Positions 1 through 10,120 are shown, counted from the first letter of the stretch. The stretch is DNA of 56,874 nt from a virus (IMGVR_UViG_3300020472_000030:1-56874), one strand, 5' to 3'. The notes: generated by a model not told the origin, from the sequence alone. A program made the numbers and translations.

Positions 1-202
1 ACAAAGGCTCTCCACAATGTGGGCAATTATTATCTCGTTTTGCTTGATCAATCACGCTTTGAAGCCATCTAATTTCTCTTATCCAAGACTTTAAATGATT
101 TTTCCTTCTTTCAGATTTAGGTTTTTCAAGCTCTTTTTGAAGAGACTTTTTCAGTCTAGTTACTCGTGCTACAAATACTGGTACAAAGGCTTGAGTTTTC
201 AC
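1..202 (-). CDS. hypothetical protein with C-terminal CPHC motif (runs off window edge)
   Basis: GTG at 202 overlaps the upstream stop; open frame MKTQAFVPVF...DNNCPHCGEPL to base 1. Confidence 0.6.
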   Translation of the reverse strand, partial: MKTQAFVPVFVARVTRLKKSLQKELEKPKSERRKNHLKSWIREIRWLQSVIDQAKRDNNCPHCGEPL

Positions 203-282
203 TTTCTTCTAGTAACTCCAAACCACCATAAAGCTATAAGCCCTACTGTCACCCATATTACTACCCATCCTGTTATTGGCAT
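199..282 (-). CDS. 27-aa single-TM membrane peptide
   Basis: GGAGG RBS; MPITGWVVIWVTVGLIALWWFGVTRRK; not in ORF track. Confidence 0.55.
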   Translation of the reverse strand: MPITGWVVIWVTVGLIALWWFGVTRRK

Positions 283-962
283 GGATTACCTCCATATATG
301 CCTTCAATTTGCTGCTTAGCTAAAATATAATCTTTTACGAAGCCACTTCGTACTATATCTGTTACATCAAACTCTATTAAATCAAACGACCCCATCTTAT
401 CTAGTATTCTTAGAAAAGATTTTAACCCGTTTTGCTTTAAATCCGCTTGTTGAAAATCACCGCAGAATATTACTCGACAATTTTCTCCAACTCGTGTTAT
501 AATAGAATCTAACTCATGAAAAGACATATTTTGGCACTCATCAACTAAAATAACTGCATCTCTTAATGTAACTCCTCTAATAAAAGAGGTTGTCATGAAA
601 TGCACTAACCCTTTTGTTGTTAATACTTGATATGCATCCCCTCGTGAAAACAATTCAATAGCAATATCTTTATAGGGTTCCTCATAGACAGATGCTTTTT
701 CCTTTTCACTTCCAGGAAGAAAGCCTATATCTCTAGTAGGTACTGCACTTCGTATTATTACTAGCTTTTCAAATATATTTTTAATCATATCATCAAAAGC
801 TAAATAACATGATATAAAAGTTTTCCCTGTTCCTGCCACTCCATGCAGTACTAGGTGTTTCTCGCTATCAAAAGCTCCTATTTGGTTTTGTGTTAAAGGT
901 TCTATTTCTTCAAGGACTAAACTAGCCCCCTGTAGAGTTTTACTTCTTTTTCCCATAGGCAT
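273..962 (-). CDS. phoH: PhoH-like ATPase
   Basis: Walker A GVAGTGKT, IGFLPG, RGVTL..DECQN, GDFQQAD motifs. Confidence 0.95.
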   Translation of the reverse strand: MPMGKRSKTLQGASLVLEEIEPLTQNQIGAFDSEKHLVLHGVAGTGKTFISCYLAFDDMIKNIFEKLVIIRSAVPTRDIGFLPGSEKEKASVYEEPYKDIAIELFSRGDAYQVLTTKGLVHFMTTSFIRGVTLRDAVILVDECQNMSFHELDSIITRVGENCRVIFCGDFQQADLKQNGLKSFLRILDKMGSFDLIEFDVTDIVRSGFVKDYILAKQQIEGIYGGNPCQ

Positions 963-963
963 T

Positions 964-1458
964 TTATATTTTTCTTCGAGTGTCCTTGAGTTTTTCTTCG
1001 GAATACTCGTATAACATCCAAGGTATATTATTTAAATGTAATATACCTGCCCAAGTTCTCCCTTCTTCTGGAGGTCTTGGTATTGTGAAAGGAAAATTAA
1101 TTCCTTTTACCCACAATAAAGAGGCAACTTCTTTTCTATCAACCTTTCTGATTTTATAGTATTTGAGTTTACACATTAAGGTTTTGTCATAGATAAAAGG
1201 GTCGCCTTTTGAATCGATAAAGTTTTTTCCAGTTTGCTTTAGTATACCAATATGATTGATTAGTGCTCTTTTTAACGGAAACAAGTTAGTAAAGGGACTC
1301 TGTAATCTACGAACCCCTAATGTTTCTCCGCTCATGTTTTTATCATCAAGTAATTGATCGTCTAAAAACAATAATCCGTCAGAACAGCTCCAGTTGCTTG
1401 TTGGGAGCTGGAACACTGGAAAGATTACGTGTTGAACGTCCTTGTACGTAATGATCAA
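964..1458 (-). CDS. conserved T5-like hypothetical protein
   Basis: 164-aa ORF in operon; LDDKNMSGETLGVRRLQ resembles the gene found downstream of T5-type polymerases. Confidence 0.7.
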   Translation of the reverse strand: MIITYKDVQHVIFPVFQLPTSNWSCSDGLLFLDDQLLDDKNMSGETLGVRRLQSPFTNLFPLKRALINHIGILKQTGKNFIDSKGDPFIYDKTLMCKLKYYKIRKVDRKEVASLLWVKGINFPFTIPRPPEEGRTWAGILHLNNIPWMLYEYSEEKLKDTRRKI

Positions 1459-1687
1459 TAAACTCTCCGTTATGATAAATTTTTATGTCCGTACAACCCT
1501 GTCCTTCGAGCATCTGAGCGTAGGTGTAAGGCCCAACGCTGTGCATTTGGCCAGACCTGTGGTCTTTTCCATTTTGATGCATCCACGTTAAACTATATTT
1601 ACTTAAATCTGCTACACCCATGATAATACTCCTGATTGATGTAAGTCTATTAGAATTTCTAATACGTGTAATCCGATATCTACGCAT
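1379..1687 (-). CDS. hypothetical protein (start uncertain)
   Basis: ORF fills operon gap; 80-nt overlap with the next gene. Confidence 0.45.
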   Translation of the reverse strand: MRRYRITRIRNSNRLTSIRSIIMGVADLSKYSLTWMHQNGKDHRSGQMHSVGPYTYAQMLEGQGCTDIKIYHNGEFIDHYVQGRSTRNLSSVPAPNKQLELF

Positions 1688-1709
1688 AGTAATACTAAAA
1701 TTAATGTTA

Positions 1710-2018
1710 TTATATTGTGAAGCTTACTCCGCATCCGCATGCATCCTGTATATTAGGGTTAGTTACTGTAAGGAACGATCCCATCAACTCTTCGTTATAA
1801 TCTATTGTACTGCCCGCAACTGCAAAGGTAGCAGCATCACTAACTACTAGCATGTCCTCTACTATTCTATCAGAATCTGCTGGATGATCGGTATACCCCC
1901 AATCATATTCAAACCCCGCACAGCCACTAGGCTTAAGATGCAAACGTATATATTTTTGTTTCTTTTCAATACGTTTATAGTTAAGATACTTCTTCGCACT
2001 GGCAGTTATGGTCAGCAT
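1710..2018 (-). CDS. iscA: A-type Fe-S carrier protein (IscA/HesB family)
   Basis: SGCAGFEY and NPN...CGCGVSF motifs. Confidence 0.95.
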   Translation of the reverse strand: MLTITASAKKYLNYKRIEKKQKYIRLHLKPSGCAGFEYDWGYTDHPADSDRIVEDMLVVSDAATFAVAGSTIDYNEELMGSFLTVTNPNIQDACGCGVSFTI

Positions 2019-2391
2019 TTTTCCCCTCGTAATCGCTTATCGCGGCTTTTATAGCGTCCTCAGCGAGAACGCTACAATGTATCTTTACGGGTGGGAGGCT
2101 AAGTTCTTCAGCAATCTCGGTATTCTTGATTTCACAAGCATCGCTAAGGCTCTTTCCCTTGACCCATTCTGTAAGCAGAGAGCTTGATGCAATGGCGGAT
2201 CCACAACCGTAAGTCTTGAATTTAGCGTCTTCAATGACGCCTTTTTCATTAACTTGTATTTGTAGTCGCATAACGTCTCCGCAAGCAGGTGCCCCAACCA
2301 TGCCCGTACCCACGGATCTAGATTTGTCATCAAGTCTTCCAACGTTTCTTGGTTTTTCATAGTGATCCAGTACTTTTTCAGAGTACGCCAT
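1981..2391 (-). CDS. iscU: Fe-S scaffold protein IscU
   Basis: MAYSEKVLDHY start at 2391; GAPACGD, FKTYGCGSAIASSS, LPPVKIHCS motifs. Confidence 0.97.
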   Translation of the reverse strand: MAYSEKVLDHYEKPRNVGRLDDKSRSVGTGMVGAPACGDVMRLQIQVNEKGVIEDAKFKTYGCGSAIASSSLLTEWVKGKSLSDACEIKNTEIAEELSLPPVKIHCSVLAEDAIKAAISDYEGKNADHNCQCEEVS

Positions 2392-4648
2392 ATTGTTTCT
2401 CAAATTTGCCCATTGAGTAGTCTTCTCCAATATCGAAGTCACACCCAACTGGAGCTCCTGGAATGTTAATTCCTCTATCTAGTTGAATCCAATGCTGTAA
2501 TTTCTCACAGTATGTATCTATTTCTTCCTCTGGCACTTCTGCAAGAATGGAATCGTGTACTAATGCAAATATACGAGCCTTCATTTTACTAGCTTGTATA
2601 TCTGCGTGCATGTCTATGGCACCAAGTAAGTTAATATCAGAAGCAGCAGACTGGACCAAAAAGTTAAGACCAGACCTAATGCTATGGCTCTTGATGCCCG
2701 CGTCTGAAGATTTGACATTGGGAAGTCTCCTTTTTCTTCCGAAGAAGCTGTAAACGAACCCATTTTGCTCAATGAATTTATGATTCGTGTCAATCCATTT
2801 TTTAAGCGCATGAAAAGATTGAAAATAATCATCGATAACCTCTTTCGCTTCACTTTGACTAAAATATTTACCGGAGTCTTTAGTTACTTGTTCACTAATT
2901 TTCTTCGGACCCGCTCCGTACATAATACCAAAGGTTACTGCTTTTGCAGCTTGTCTTTGAGTAGTGTAATATTCTGCTACATCCTCTACTTCGCAGGGTA
3001 GTTTAAATACTGTTTTCGCAATACTACTATGGAAATTCCCACCTGAGCGAAACACTTCCATAAGTGCTTTATCTTCAGCAAGAACTGCGGCAACATAAAC
3101 TTCTGCTGTAGTTAAGTCCATTGCAACAATTCTATGTCCCCAGGCCGCTCTAATACAGCCTTTTACAGCTGGGTTATCCCGAGGAAGCTGTTGCATATTA
3201 AGCTTACCGCTAGAGCTGAGCCGACCGCTAGTAGTACCATGAAGATTAAACGACGTGCGGAGTCTGCCATCTCTATCCAACTGCGGTATGATTTTGTCCA
3301 AGTAAGTATTCTTAATTTTGGATCGTTGACGTATGTCAAGGATAAGTCCAGGAACTTCGGATTGACTACCGAGCTCTCTGAGTACTTCTGCATCCGTAGA
3401 GTGCGCTCCCGTTCCTGTTTTCTTTCCAGTAGGCTGCAAGCCAACGTGGTCAAAAAGAAGGGAACGTAGCTGCACAGTAGAGTTAGGATTAAAATCTTTA
3501 TCATGGTGTGATTCCCATTGTCTTATAGCTGGATTTTCATATAACTTATCAACTGCTGCATCTATTTGTGTTTGCATAAGTTCTTGTGAGGCATATAACC
3601 TTTTTTTGTCGAAAGGAACACCATTATCCTGTGCGTCTGTAAGAAATCGAGTACCAGGAATAAGTATATTATCATATACCCACTTTAATCTTTTATTTTC
3701 TTTTATCTTTTTAAATTTATCGTAAACAAGATAAGTACATAGAGCATCCATAGCTGCATATGTTTTCATGACTTCAAAAGGAATAGACCCCCATTGAAAG
3801 TCGTTCTTTAAAATACCGTTTTCTTTACGGTAATTGTCCATCCAGTCATACATGGGCTTTTCATAATCCCCATAGGGGGTATACTTAATTGCTAACGTCT
3901 TGAGTCCATGATTTCCTGGGTTCTCATTAACTAAGTAGGATAATAACATAGTATCTTCAAACTTTGGAAATTTAAAGTTAAAATGATACTCAAAAAATGC
4001 CATATCAAACTTAGCGTTATGAAATACTACTGTTTTTGCATAGAAGAGTTTCTGAAGTAGTTCTTCAGTTTCTTCATCAAAGCAATCTGTAGATATATAC
4101 GCTCCTCTGTGACCGTCGTAACAAAGTGATATACCAAGTATATGCCCATCGCGAGGGTACAAGCCAGTTGTTTCACTATCAAGCGCAACAACACTGCCAT
4201 CGTGCTCAATGGCTGCTCGAATGAAATTGTTACAGTCTCCTGTGTCGTCAATACCGAATGCAATCTTTTCATCTATTACCACCTCCTTAATTTCACCACT
4301 AATATACTTAATGATGCTTTCTTTAGATTCATCCCAAGTTTTCCTAGCTTCAGGCTTGAACTTGAGCATAGCCGGATTAATAACAGGCAAGAATTTATCT
4401 TCGACTTTCTTGCCAGAGTACTCTGTCACAGAATTAATTTTTGTAAAGTATTTTAAAGACTCACTACCTACTAGTATAACCCAGTCATATACACTCTGAT
4501 CAATACTAATATCGCAGTCTCGTTTTAATACTTTCTTTATGTTAGGATCAGAACAGAGCTGGTATTGATCAAAATCAAAAGCACCATCGAACTCTTTTCT
4601 GTAGTCCGTCCTACTCGGTTTAGTTTCTACTAAGGCTACTTTAGCCAT
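2378..4648 (-). CDS. family A DNA polymerase with 3'-5' exonuclease (T5-like)
   Basis: DSETTG, HNAKFD, TSGRLSS, RQAAKAVTFGIMYG, VHDS motifs. Confidence 0.97.
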   Translation of the reverse strand: MAKVALVETKPSRTDYRKEFDGAFDFDQYQLCSDPNIKKVLKRDCDISIDQSVYDWVILVGSESLKYFTKINSVTEYSGKKVEDKFLPVINPAMLKFKPEARKTWDESKESIIKYISGEIKEVVIDEKIAFGIDDTGDCNNFIRAAIEHDGSVVALDSETTGLYPRDGHILGISLCYDGHRGAYISTDCFDEETEELLQKLFYAKTVVFHNAKFDMAFFEYHFNFKFPKFEDTMLLSYLVNENPGNHGLKTLAIKYTPYGDYEKPMYDWMDNYRKENGILKNDFQWGSIPFEVMKTYAAMDALCTYLVYDKFKKIKENKRLKWVYDNILIPGTRFLTDAQDNGVPFDKKRLYASQELMQTQIDAAVDKLYENPAIRQWESHHDKDFNPNSTVQLRSLLFDHVGLQPTGKKTGTGAHSTDAEVLRELGSQSEVPGLILDIRQRSKIKNTYLDKIIPQLDRDGRLRTSFNLHGTTSGRLSSSGKLNMQQLPRDNPAVKGCIRAAWGHRIVAMDLTTAEVYVAAVLAEDKALMEVFRSGGNFHSSIAKTVFKLPCEVEDVAEYYTTQRQAAKAVTFGIMYGAGPKKISEQVTKDSGKYFSQSEAKEVIDDYFQSFHALKKWIDTNHKFIEQNGFVYSFFGRKRRLPNVKSSDAGIKSHSIRSGLNFLVQSAASDINLLGAIDMHADIQASKMKARIFALVHDSILAEVPEEEIDTYCEKLQHWIQLDRGINIPGAPVGCDFDIGEDYSMGKFEKQYGVL

Positions 4649-5468
4649 ATAACTTCTTCCTTAATTTATCTACTGAAGTTTGAGTTAATGCACCAGGATC
4701 TGTATCTTTTAGATAAATGTTCCTAGCTACGAGACCAACTTTCTCACATTCACTCACTAATTTTTCTGCAGATACTTGACCTGCATCATCACCATCAAAG
4801 AATACTTCTACATATTCTGCTCCTTGTACTCGGAGCATTGATAGTTTTGTTTCATTATAGTTATTCGTTCCAAAACAACACAGAGCATTTGGAAGACCCT
4901 TGTCATGTAAGTTTATCATGTCAAATATTCCTTCCACTATAATGACTGAGCCTTTTAAAGGCTTAACCACCGGAAAGAAGGGGAGTCTTGCTCCTGCTGG
5001 AGTAAACTTATACTTAGGTTGCCCATCCGCTGTATGTCGTCCTTGAAATGCAACTATTTTACCTGATATATCGGTTATAGGAAAAACTATTCTTCCTATA
5101 AAGTCTTTGTCAGGATGTTGAAATGCTTCAAACTTTCTGTAAGTTTCTGGTTTAATATTTCTCCAGTTTCCTACATAAGGTAATCTATTTTTGGGAAAGG
5201 ACAAACCAATACTTTCAGAGCGCTTCATGTTAAGCTTCTTCTTAAAAAGTTCCCGTCTTTGTTGTAATTGGTTTGCCCTTTCCCCAAAATAATTAAATAA
5301 ACTTCCTTTAAATCCACATGAGAAACAGTTAAAAATTCCAGTAATTTGGTCAATCCGCATACTAGGATTTTTATCATCATGTTCTGGGTTTAGACAACGT
5401 ACTAAAAAATCACCTGCTTTTGGAAGGTAATGAATATTCTTGTCCTGTAGTAAAGTTTCTACATCCAT
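4641..5468 (-). CDS. DNA primase (zinc finger + TOPRIM)
   Basis: CLNPEH..CFSC zinc finger, VEGIFD, FDGDDAG. Confidence 0.93.
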   Translation of the reverse strand: MDVETLLQDKNIHYLPKAGDFLVRCLNPEHDDKNPSMRIDQITGIFNCFSCGFKGSLFNYFGERANQLQQRRELFKKKLNMKRSESIGLSFPKNRLPYVGNWRNIKPETYRKFEAFQHPDKDFIGRIVFPITDISGKIVAFQGRHTADGQPKYKFTPAGARLPFFPVVKPLKGSVIIVEGIFDMINLHDKGLPNALCCFGTNNYNETKLSMLRVQGAEYVEVFFDGDDAGQVSAEKLVSECEKVGLVARNIYLKDTDPGALTQTSVDKLRKKLYG

Positions 5469-5698
5469 TAATCGTATTGTCCATGATCCCAGTCATCTCC
5501 TCCGAATACGTCTTGGTATTCTTCATATGTCGAAGGCTGCCCATCATCTTCCTCTATAAAGGAGACGATAGACTCCCCGTCACGACCCCGCTCACGATTT
5601 CCATCACCGTTAAGTTCAGTAAGGTCTTGTTGTATTTCTTTATAATTAGGTCCTAATCCCAAAATCGTGTCTCCTCGGCAACCATTCTCGGTGTGCAA
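5468..5698 (-). CDS. acidic hypothetical protein
   Basis: ORF coupled to primase start; start uncertain. Confidence 0.55.
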   Translation of the reverse strand: MHTENGCRGDTILGLGPNYKEIQQDLTELNGDGNRERGRDGESIVSFIEEDDGQPSTYEEYQDVFGGDDWDHGQYD

Positions 5699-5862
5699 TA
5701 GGCGGTAATGAGCGCCTGTCCGTGCCTATATCTTCGTTTATAGTGCCCTCGCTCAATTCTATCAGAAAAATAATTACATCTGTTAATATTACGAAAGTAC
5801 ATATTTGCAGTCGGCTCTCTATCTCCGTCTACAATTACAACAAGCAAAAATGCCATTAACAT
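5653..5862 (-). CDS. hypothetical protein
   Basis: ATG adjacent to upstream stop; two Cys. Confidence 0.65.
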   Translation of the reverse strand: MLMAFLLVVIVDGDREPTANMYFRNINRCNYFSDRIERGHYKRRYRHGQALITAYCTPRMVAEETRFWD

Positions 5863-6147
5863 TTATTTACCTATATCTTTTACGTTATCTCTACTGATTA
5901 CCTGATATGCACCTTTATTATAAGCAGGTGCTATTGTATATTCGGAACTAACTTCTGATTTCCAGTCGTCTCGTGGACGAGGCTTGTAAGGAGTAAGAGG
6001 AGCTGACGGATAGTCAGGTGTCTCTCTACGATACGGCTCTTTCTTAGCATGAAGCTGCATGAACTCGACTCGTCTCTTACCATTGCTAATAATATTTTTT
6101 CTAAGTCTACCACTAGCTGTATATCTCATACTGCCTTTCACAATCAT
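5863..6147 (-). CDS. hypothetical phage protein
   Basis: GGAGG RBS downstream of promoter; C-terminal IAPAYNKGAYQVI..IKDIGK-type motif common in aquatic phages. Confidence 0.75.
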   Translation of the reverse strand: MIVKGSMRYTASGRLRKNIISNGKRRVEFMQLHAKKEPYRRETPDYPSAPLTPYKPRPRDDWKSEVSSEYTIAPAYNKGAYQVISRDNVKDIGK

Positions 6148-6171
6148 AAAGCCTCCACATTTTGAATATAT

Positions 6172-6210
6172 ATTATACTAGAAATACATACAAATGTCAA
6201 GAACTATTTT
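6172..6210 (-). promoter_or_regulatory. sigma70-type phage promoter
   Basis: AAAATAGTTC-TTGACA-N17-TATAAT. Confidence 0.85.
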
Positions 6211-7562
6211 TAGATGTCGTTAATTTCTTCGCCAGTTTTCTGGTCATTGTCCTCTTTCTCGCTTGGCGTAAGTGCAGTATCTGGTCCTATCTTTAGGGTT
6301 TCCCAATCCATGGTCGAGGAAAAATCACGCATAGCGGCTGCTCTCATTTTTACACATTTAAATGTCATACAGGCATCTTCCTGTGACCAAGGTTCCATAG
6401 CATATGCCGCATCAGCAGCATCTAGAATACCTTTGGCAAATCGAGCTTCACCGCTAGCGTCAGTTTGGTATGGCGAGAATACTGGGGTTTCGTACTCTTG
6501 TGCCATACCTTTCAGTGCTTTACTAACTTCTATCTGTTCGGTCCAATCGTATTGACCTCCCCGAGAGGGCATACTTGAACGTTTTACTTGATTGATGTAG
6601 TCGACAATAATGACTCCTACATTCATTTTACTTTTAACTTTCTTATCAAGTTCAGCTCGTATTTTAGCGAGAGTAAGAGAGGGGTCATAAATTACATCAA
6701 GCTGTTGAGTTGGGAGAAGCTCACAACTATTTATTAATTTATCATGGAACTTGTCAAAGTCTCGATGTTCCCGATACTCTGCAAGTCTCTCTTGACTATC
6801 ACTGTATCTTGCGGCTTGCCAGTTAGCAACCTTTTCCCATTCAGTAATACTGAGGTTCTTTGTGCGAAGCCTAGAAAAAGACACGCCCGTAGCAATAGAG
6901 CAACATCTTTGCAATATTGCTCTACTGTCCATTTCAATAGTAAAATAGAGGGCGGATTTACCGGAAGAATATACGTTGTTAGCTATATTAGCACATGTTA
7001 TGGATTTCCCTGCCCCTCTACGACCACCCACAAGGATCAAGTCTCGGGGGGAGAACGTGATCTCATGATCGTGGTCAGCATTTAAGCCGAGGGGCAGGTA
7101 CTTACCTATATCATCATCTGGCTCCCACAAGGGAATACGTTGCATAGTCTCTTGCGGTTCTTGAAGGTCGACTTTTTCTTCAACATCAAGAACTATCTGG
7201 TGCAGATGTTTGACAGACTCTTCTGCATCTTCAAAAGATATAGAATTGTCAACATAGTCCTCAAGTGAGTCAAGGATTTCCTTTTGTGTAAACTCATTCT
7301 TGAGGTACTGTAGAAGCATGTAAGGATCTGCATCTACTTCGACCGAATCTACAGCAAAGAGTAACTCTTTTGTAGATGTGTCACGAATCTCATACTTGAG
7401 ATCCTCAATCGTAGGGAGTCGATGAAATTTTTCACAATGCGTATCAATTACTTTAAAAAGCGTATGGTATGCAGAGGGCAAATAATGCTTACGAGTGTTA
7501 GACCAAGACTCAAAGTCCTGCAGGTCTAATACTTGCTTAATATAAGCACTTGCTATGTTCAA
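6210..7562 (-). CDS. DnaB-like replicative helicase
   Basis: GGRRGAGKS Walker A, FTIEM, IIVDYINQ, ILDAAD. Confidence 0.92.
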   Translation of the reverse strand: MNIASAYIKQVLDLQDFESWSNTRKHYLPSAYHTLFKVIDTHCEKFHRLPTIEDLKYEIRDTSTKELLFAVDSVEVDADPYMLLQYLKNEFTQKEILDSLEDYVDNSISFEDAEESVKHLHQIVLDVEEKVDLQEPQETMQRIPLWEPDDDIGKYLPLGLNADHDHEITFSPRDLILVGGRRGAGKSITCANIANNVYSSGKSALYFTIEMDSRAILQRCCSIATGVSFSRLRTKNLSITEWEKVANWQAARYSDSQERLAEYREHRDFDKFHDKLINSCELLPTQQLDVIYDPSLTLAKIRAELDKKVKSKMNVGVIIVDYINQVKRSSMPSRGGQYDWTEQIEVSKALKGMAQEYETPVFSPYQTDASGEARFAKGILDAADAAYAMEPWSQEDACMTFKCVKMRAAAMRDFSSTMDWETLKIGPDTALTPSEKEDNDQKTGEEINDI

Positions 7563-7580
7563 CGATTCCCCCGATAGAAA

Positions 7581-7612
7581 TATAGCCGCAATGACCCCTC
7601 ACTACGGCTATA
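7581..7612. terminator. intergenic hairpin (terminator or processing site)
   Basis: TATAGCCG...CGGCTATA inverted repeat. Confidence 0.5.
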
Positions 7613-7625
7613 AAATCAATACTAA

Positions 7626-8357
7626 TTAAGATGCTGCTGCTTTTTCCTTTTTAGCTGCACCATCATAGTCAGACGCTGTCAAACCTCTTCGGGTCAACAT
7701 AGTCTTAACACCGCGTGCAGTTTTGCCAATCGACTCTGCGATTGCTTCAACTGTCATGCCAGAAACATCTCCAAGTTCCTCAAGAGGATCGCTCTTGTTA
7801 GAGCCCTTGGTGTGCTCCTGACGGGGTATTGCATCAATATCACCAGAACGCAACAGGCTGAGAGCCTTGCCACGTACGCTATTTACGCTACGATCTAGAG
7901 CTTCTGCAATCGCCTCAACGAAAGCACCGTCATTAACCATAGATACGAACTTAGCTTCCTCATCGGGAGAGTAAGTTCTAACAGTCTCCACTTTGGGAGC
8001 TGGCTTAACATGGTCAGTAAGTTCCATAGAAAGGATCTTACCTTGGATAGACTTAGCACTAAATGCTCCGTCTTCGAAGTTAGAAGCAATCTGAGCATAG
8101 GTATACTCACCGCTATTGTCTGTGACAAAAGCAGAAAGGGTAGCTTCTTGAGCTTCAGAAAAAGCACGAGTGCTCTTTGCAGAAGCAAGTTCTACGTCAA
8201 AACCCATTTTTCTCAGTTTGCTAGAAACTGACCGTGTAGTAGTCTCAAGCTGGTCTGCAGCTTCTGCTACAGTAGCTTGTGATACTGGGGATTCATCACC
8301 GACGAAATTAGTGAGCTCGTCGGTACGCTCATCTGTCCACTTAGGCAACGTTGCCAT
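7626..8357 (-). CDS. T5 D5-like DNA-binding protein (tandem HTH repeats)
   Basis: Four repeated helix-turn-helix-like units; position between ligase and helicase as in T5. Confidence 0.8.
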   Translation of the reverse strand: MATLPKWTDERTDELTNFVGDESPVSQATVAEAADQLETTTRSVSSKLRKMGFDVELASAKSTRAFSEAQEATLSAFVTDNSGEYTYAQIASNFEDGAFSAKSIQGKILSMELTDHVKPAPKVETVRTYSPDEEAKFVSMVNDGAFVEAIAEALDRSVNSVRGKALSLLRSGDIDAIPRQEHTKGSNKSDPLEELGDVSGMTVEAIAESIGKTARGVKTMLTRRGLTASDYDGAAKKEKAAAS

Positions 8358-9111
8358 TATAGTCTCCTATCAATTCATTTAGACTTGTAATAATTGTTAT
8401 GCCCTTTTCTCGGGCTTGTTTTGTTTTTGCAGATTCTATGCCTGATTCATTTACTAAGAATATTACATCCTTAGCCATAGTTGCTTTTACTTGGTATCCT
8501 GCATAAGACAGGGCTTTTGTAGCATCTGCTTTAGTTTTGAAACTCGAAAGCTTACCACTAATACATACCGCTCCTTTGGTTTCAGTTGCGACTCTAGAAG
8601 CTTCAAATTCCCAGCTAAAGGGAAGGTCATTTAAACCACATTGAAACTCATCGTAGTACCAGCGAAGTAAGTTTTCCGTTGCTTTCGGCCCTAGACCTGC
8701 TGCTTTACACTTGTCCTCATCAATGTCAATGATATTCTTGAGCTTTGTGGACAATTTAGTTGCTGCCGTCTTTCCTATTAAAGGAATACTAAATGCTGGT
8801 AATAAAACATTCAAACTACTGTTCTTAGAATGATCTATTTCAACTACTAGCTTTTTTGCTAGTTTTTCAGAGGCAAGAGCATATTTACAAGTATTATAGT
8901 CTAAACTATAAATTTCGTGAAAGTTAGAAAGATCCAACTTTTCTATGCTCTTGGGGCCAAGCCCTTTGATCTTTAGGGTCTTTGCAAAATGCTCTATCCG
9001 TTTCTGGATTTGTGCAGGACACAAAGAGTTAACGCAATATAGCAAATCGTTTTGCCACTCAAGTGAGCTTTCACAAGAGGGACAAAATTCCGGTGCTTCT
9101 ATTGCCTGCAT
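8341..9111 (-). CDS. NAD-dependent DNA ligase subunit B (Zn finger, HhH, BRCT)
   Basis: CPSC..C..CP, IKGLG, C-terminal BRCT (VCISGKL...AKTKQAREKGI). Confidence 0.92.
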   Translation of the reverse strand: MQAIEAPEFCPSCESSLEWQNDLLYCVNSLCPAQIQKRIEHFAKTLKIKGLGPKSIEKLDLSNFHEIYSLDYNTCKYALASEKLAKKLVVEIDHSKNSSLNVLLPAFSIPLIGKTAATKLSTKLKNIIDIDEDKCKAAGLGPKATENLLRWYYDEFQCGLNDLPFSWEFEASRVATETKGAVCISGKLSSFKTKADATKALSYAGYQVKATMAKDVIFLVNESGIESAKTKQAREKGITIITSLNELIGDYNGNVA

Positions 9112-9137
9112 AAAGATTCCTCTGAAATTGAAAACAT

Positions 9138-9177
9138 ATTATACGAAAATTTAGGTTCCATGTCAAGAATTATTTTT
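9138..9177 (-). promoter_or_regulatory. sigma70-type phage promoter
   Basis: AAAAATAATTC-TTGACA-N17-TATAAT between ligase subunit genes. Confidence 0.85.
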
Positions 9178-10120
9178 CCTCAACTCGTCGGACAATACGA
9201 GGAATAATTTCACCGCTTCGTATGACCTCGACTTGGCAACCAATTTCAAGACCTAACTCCTCAATGTGAGCCATATTGTGTAAGGTTGCTCTCTGAACAA
9301 GTGCATCCCCAATCATAACAGGGCTAAGTATTGCTACTGGTGTAACAACACCTGACTTACCTGTTTGCCACTCAACTCTCGATAGCGTGGTTACTACACC
9401 TTCTTTTTGAATTTTAAAGGCAAGCGACCCTCTAGGGTGATGAGAAGTAGAACCTTGTTTAGTCCAATATTCAATATTATCTATTCTGTATACTTCGCCA
9501 TCGGTTGGGTACTGTGACGCATCAACTGAGTTAACAGTTGAAAAACCAAGACTCTCTAACCAATTAAGAAGTACGCTCCAAGACTCGATAAATCCATGCG
9601 GTCTTAGCTCATATGCAACAAACCGTAGTTCATTACAACGAGGTATAAAGTCCCTAACTAATTTTAAGTTAAGCGACCCCGCCGCATAGTTACGAGCATT
9701 AGGTATAGAACTAGGAGCAACTACTTCGCCATCAATTTGTATTTTTTTATGAAAGTTGATGGTCTCTGGAACTAAATAGCTCATCTTATTTGAGATATCT
9801 ACTCCTATTTTTCCGTTTCCACGGGTAGTTGCTCTTACAAATTTCCCCTTATCGTATAATATTGATACTGCCGAACCATCCAACTTTGGACTAGAAATAA
9901 CTTCTTGGCCTTCATGTGAAGCGATCCAAGAACCTAATTCATCCTCGTCAAAAGTCTTTTTAAGTGACAGCATTGGAAATGAATGACGTACTCCATTATC
10001 TGGAGTATAACCTACAATTTCATCCTCATACAAGGCGTCCCACTCGGCGTCAGTTAAGGCACTGTCACCACCTTCGTAGTACATTCTCGCTGCTGATTTT
10101 TTGTTGGTATTCTCATTCAT
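9170..10120 (-). CDS. NAD-dependent DNA ligase subunit A (adenylation + OB)
   Basis: KLDG, TRGNG, NARNYAAGSL, RATLHN, RSGEIIP. Confidence 0.95.
   Translation of the reverse strand: MNENTNKKSAARMYYEGGDSALTDAEWDALYEDEIVGYTPDNGVRHSFPMLSLKKTFDEDELGSWIASHEGQEVISSPKLDGSAVSILYDKGKFVRATTRGNGKIGVDISNKMSYLVPETINFHKKIQIDGEVVAPSSIPNARNYAAGSLNLKLVRDFIPRCNELRFVAYELRPHGFIESWSVLLNWLESLGFSTVNSVDASQYPTDGEVYRIDNIEYWTKQGSTSHHPRGSLAFKIQKEGVVTTLSRVEWQTGKSGVVTPVAILSPVMIGDALVQRATLHNMAHIEELGLEIGCQVEVIRSGEIIPRIVRRVEEK

Noticed and set aside
2392-2448. N-terminal extension of IscU in the ORF track
   Set aside because: It lies inside the polymerase gene; the canonical MAYS start is at 2391
8341-10120. DNA ligase in two ORFs as a pseudogene or novelty
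   Set aside because: A split NAD+ ligase is the normal T5-family arrangement, and both parts have intact motifs
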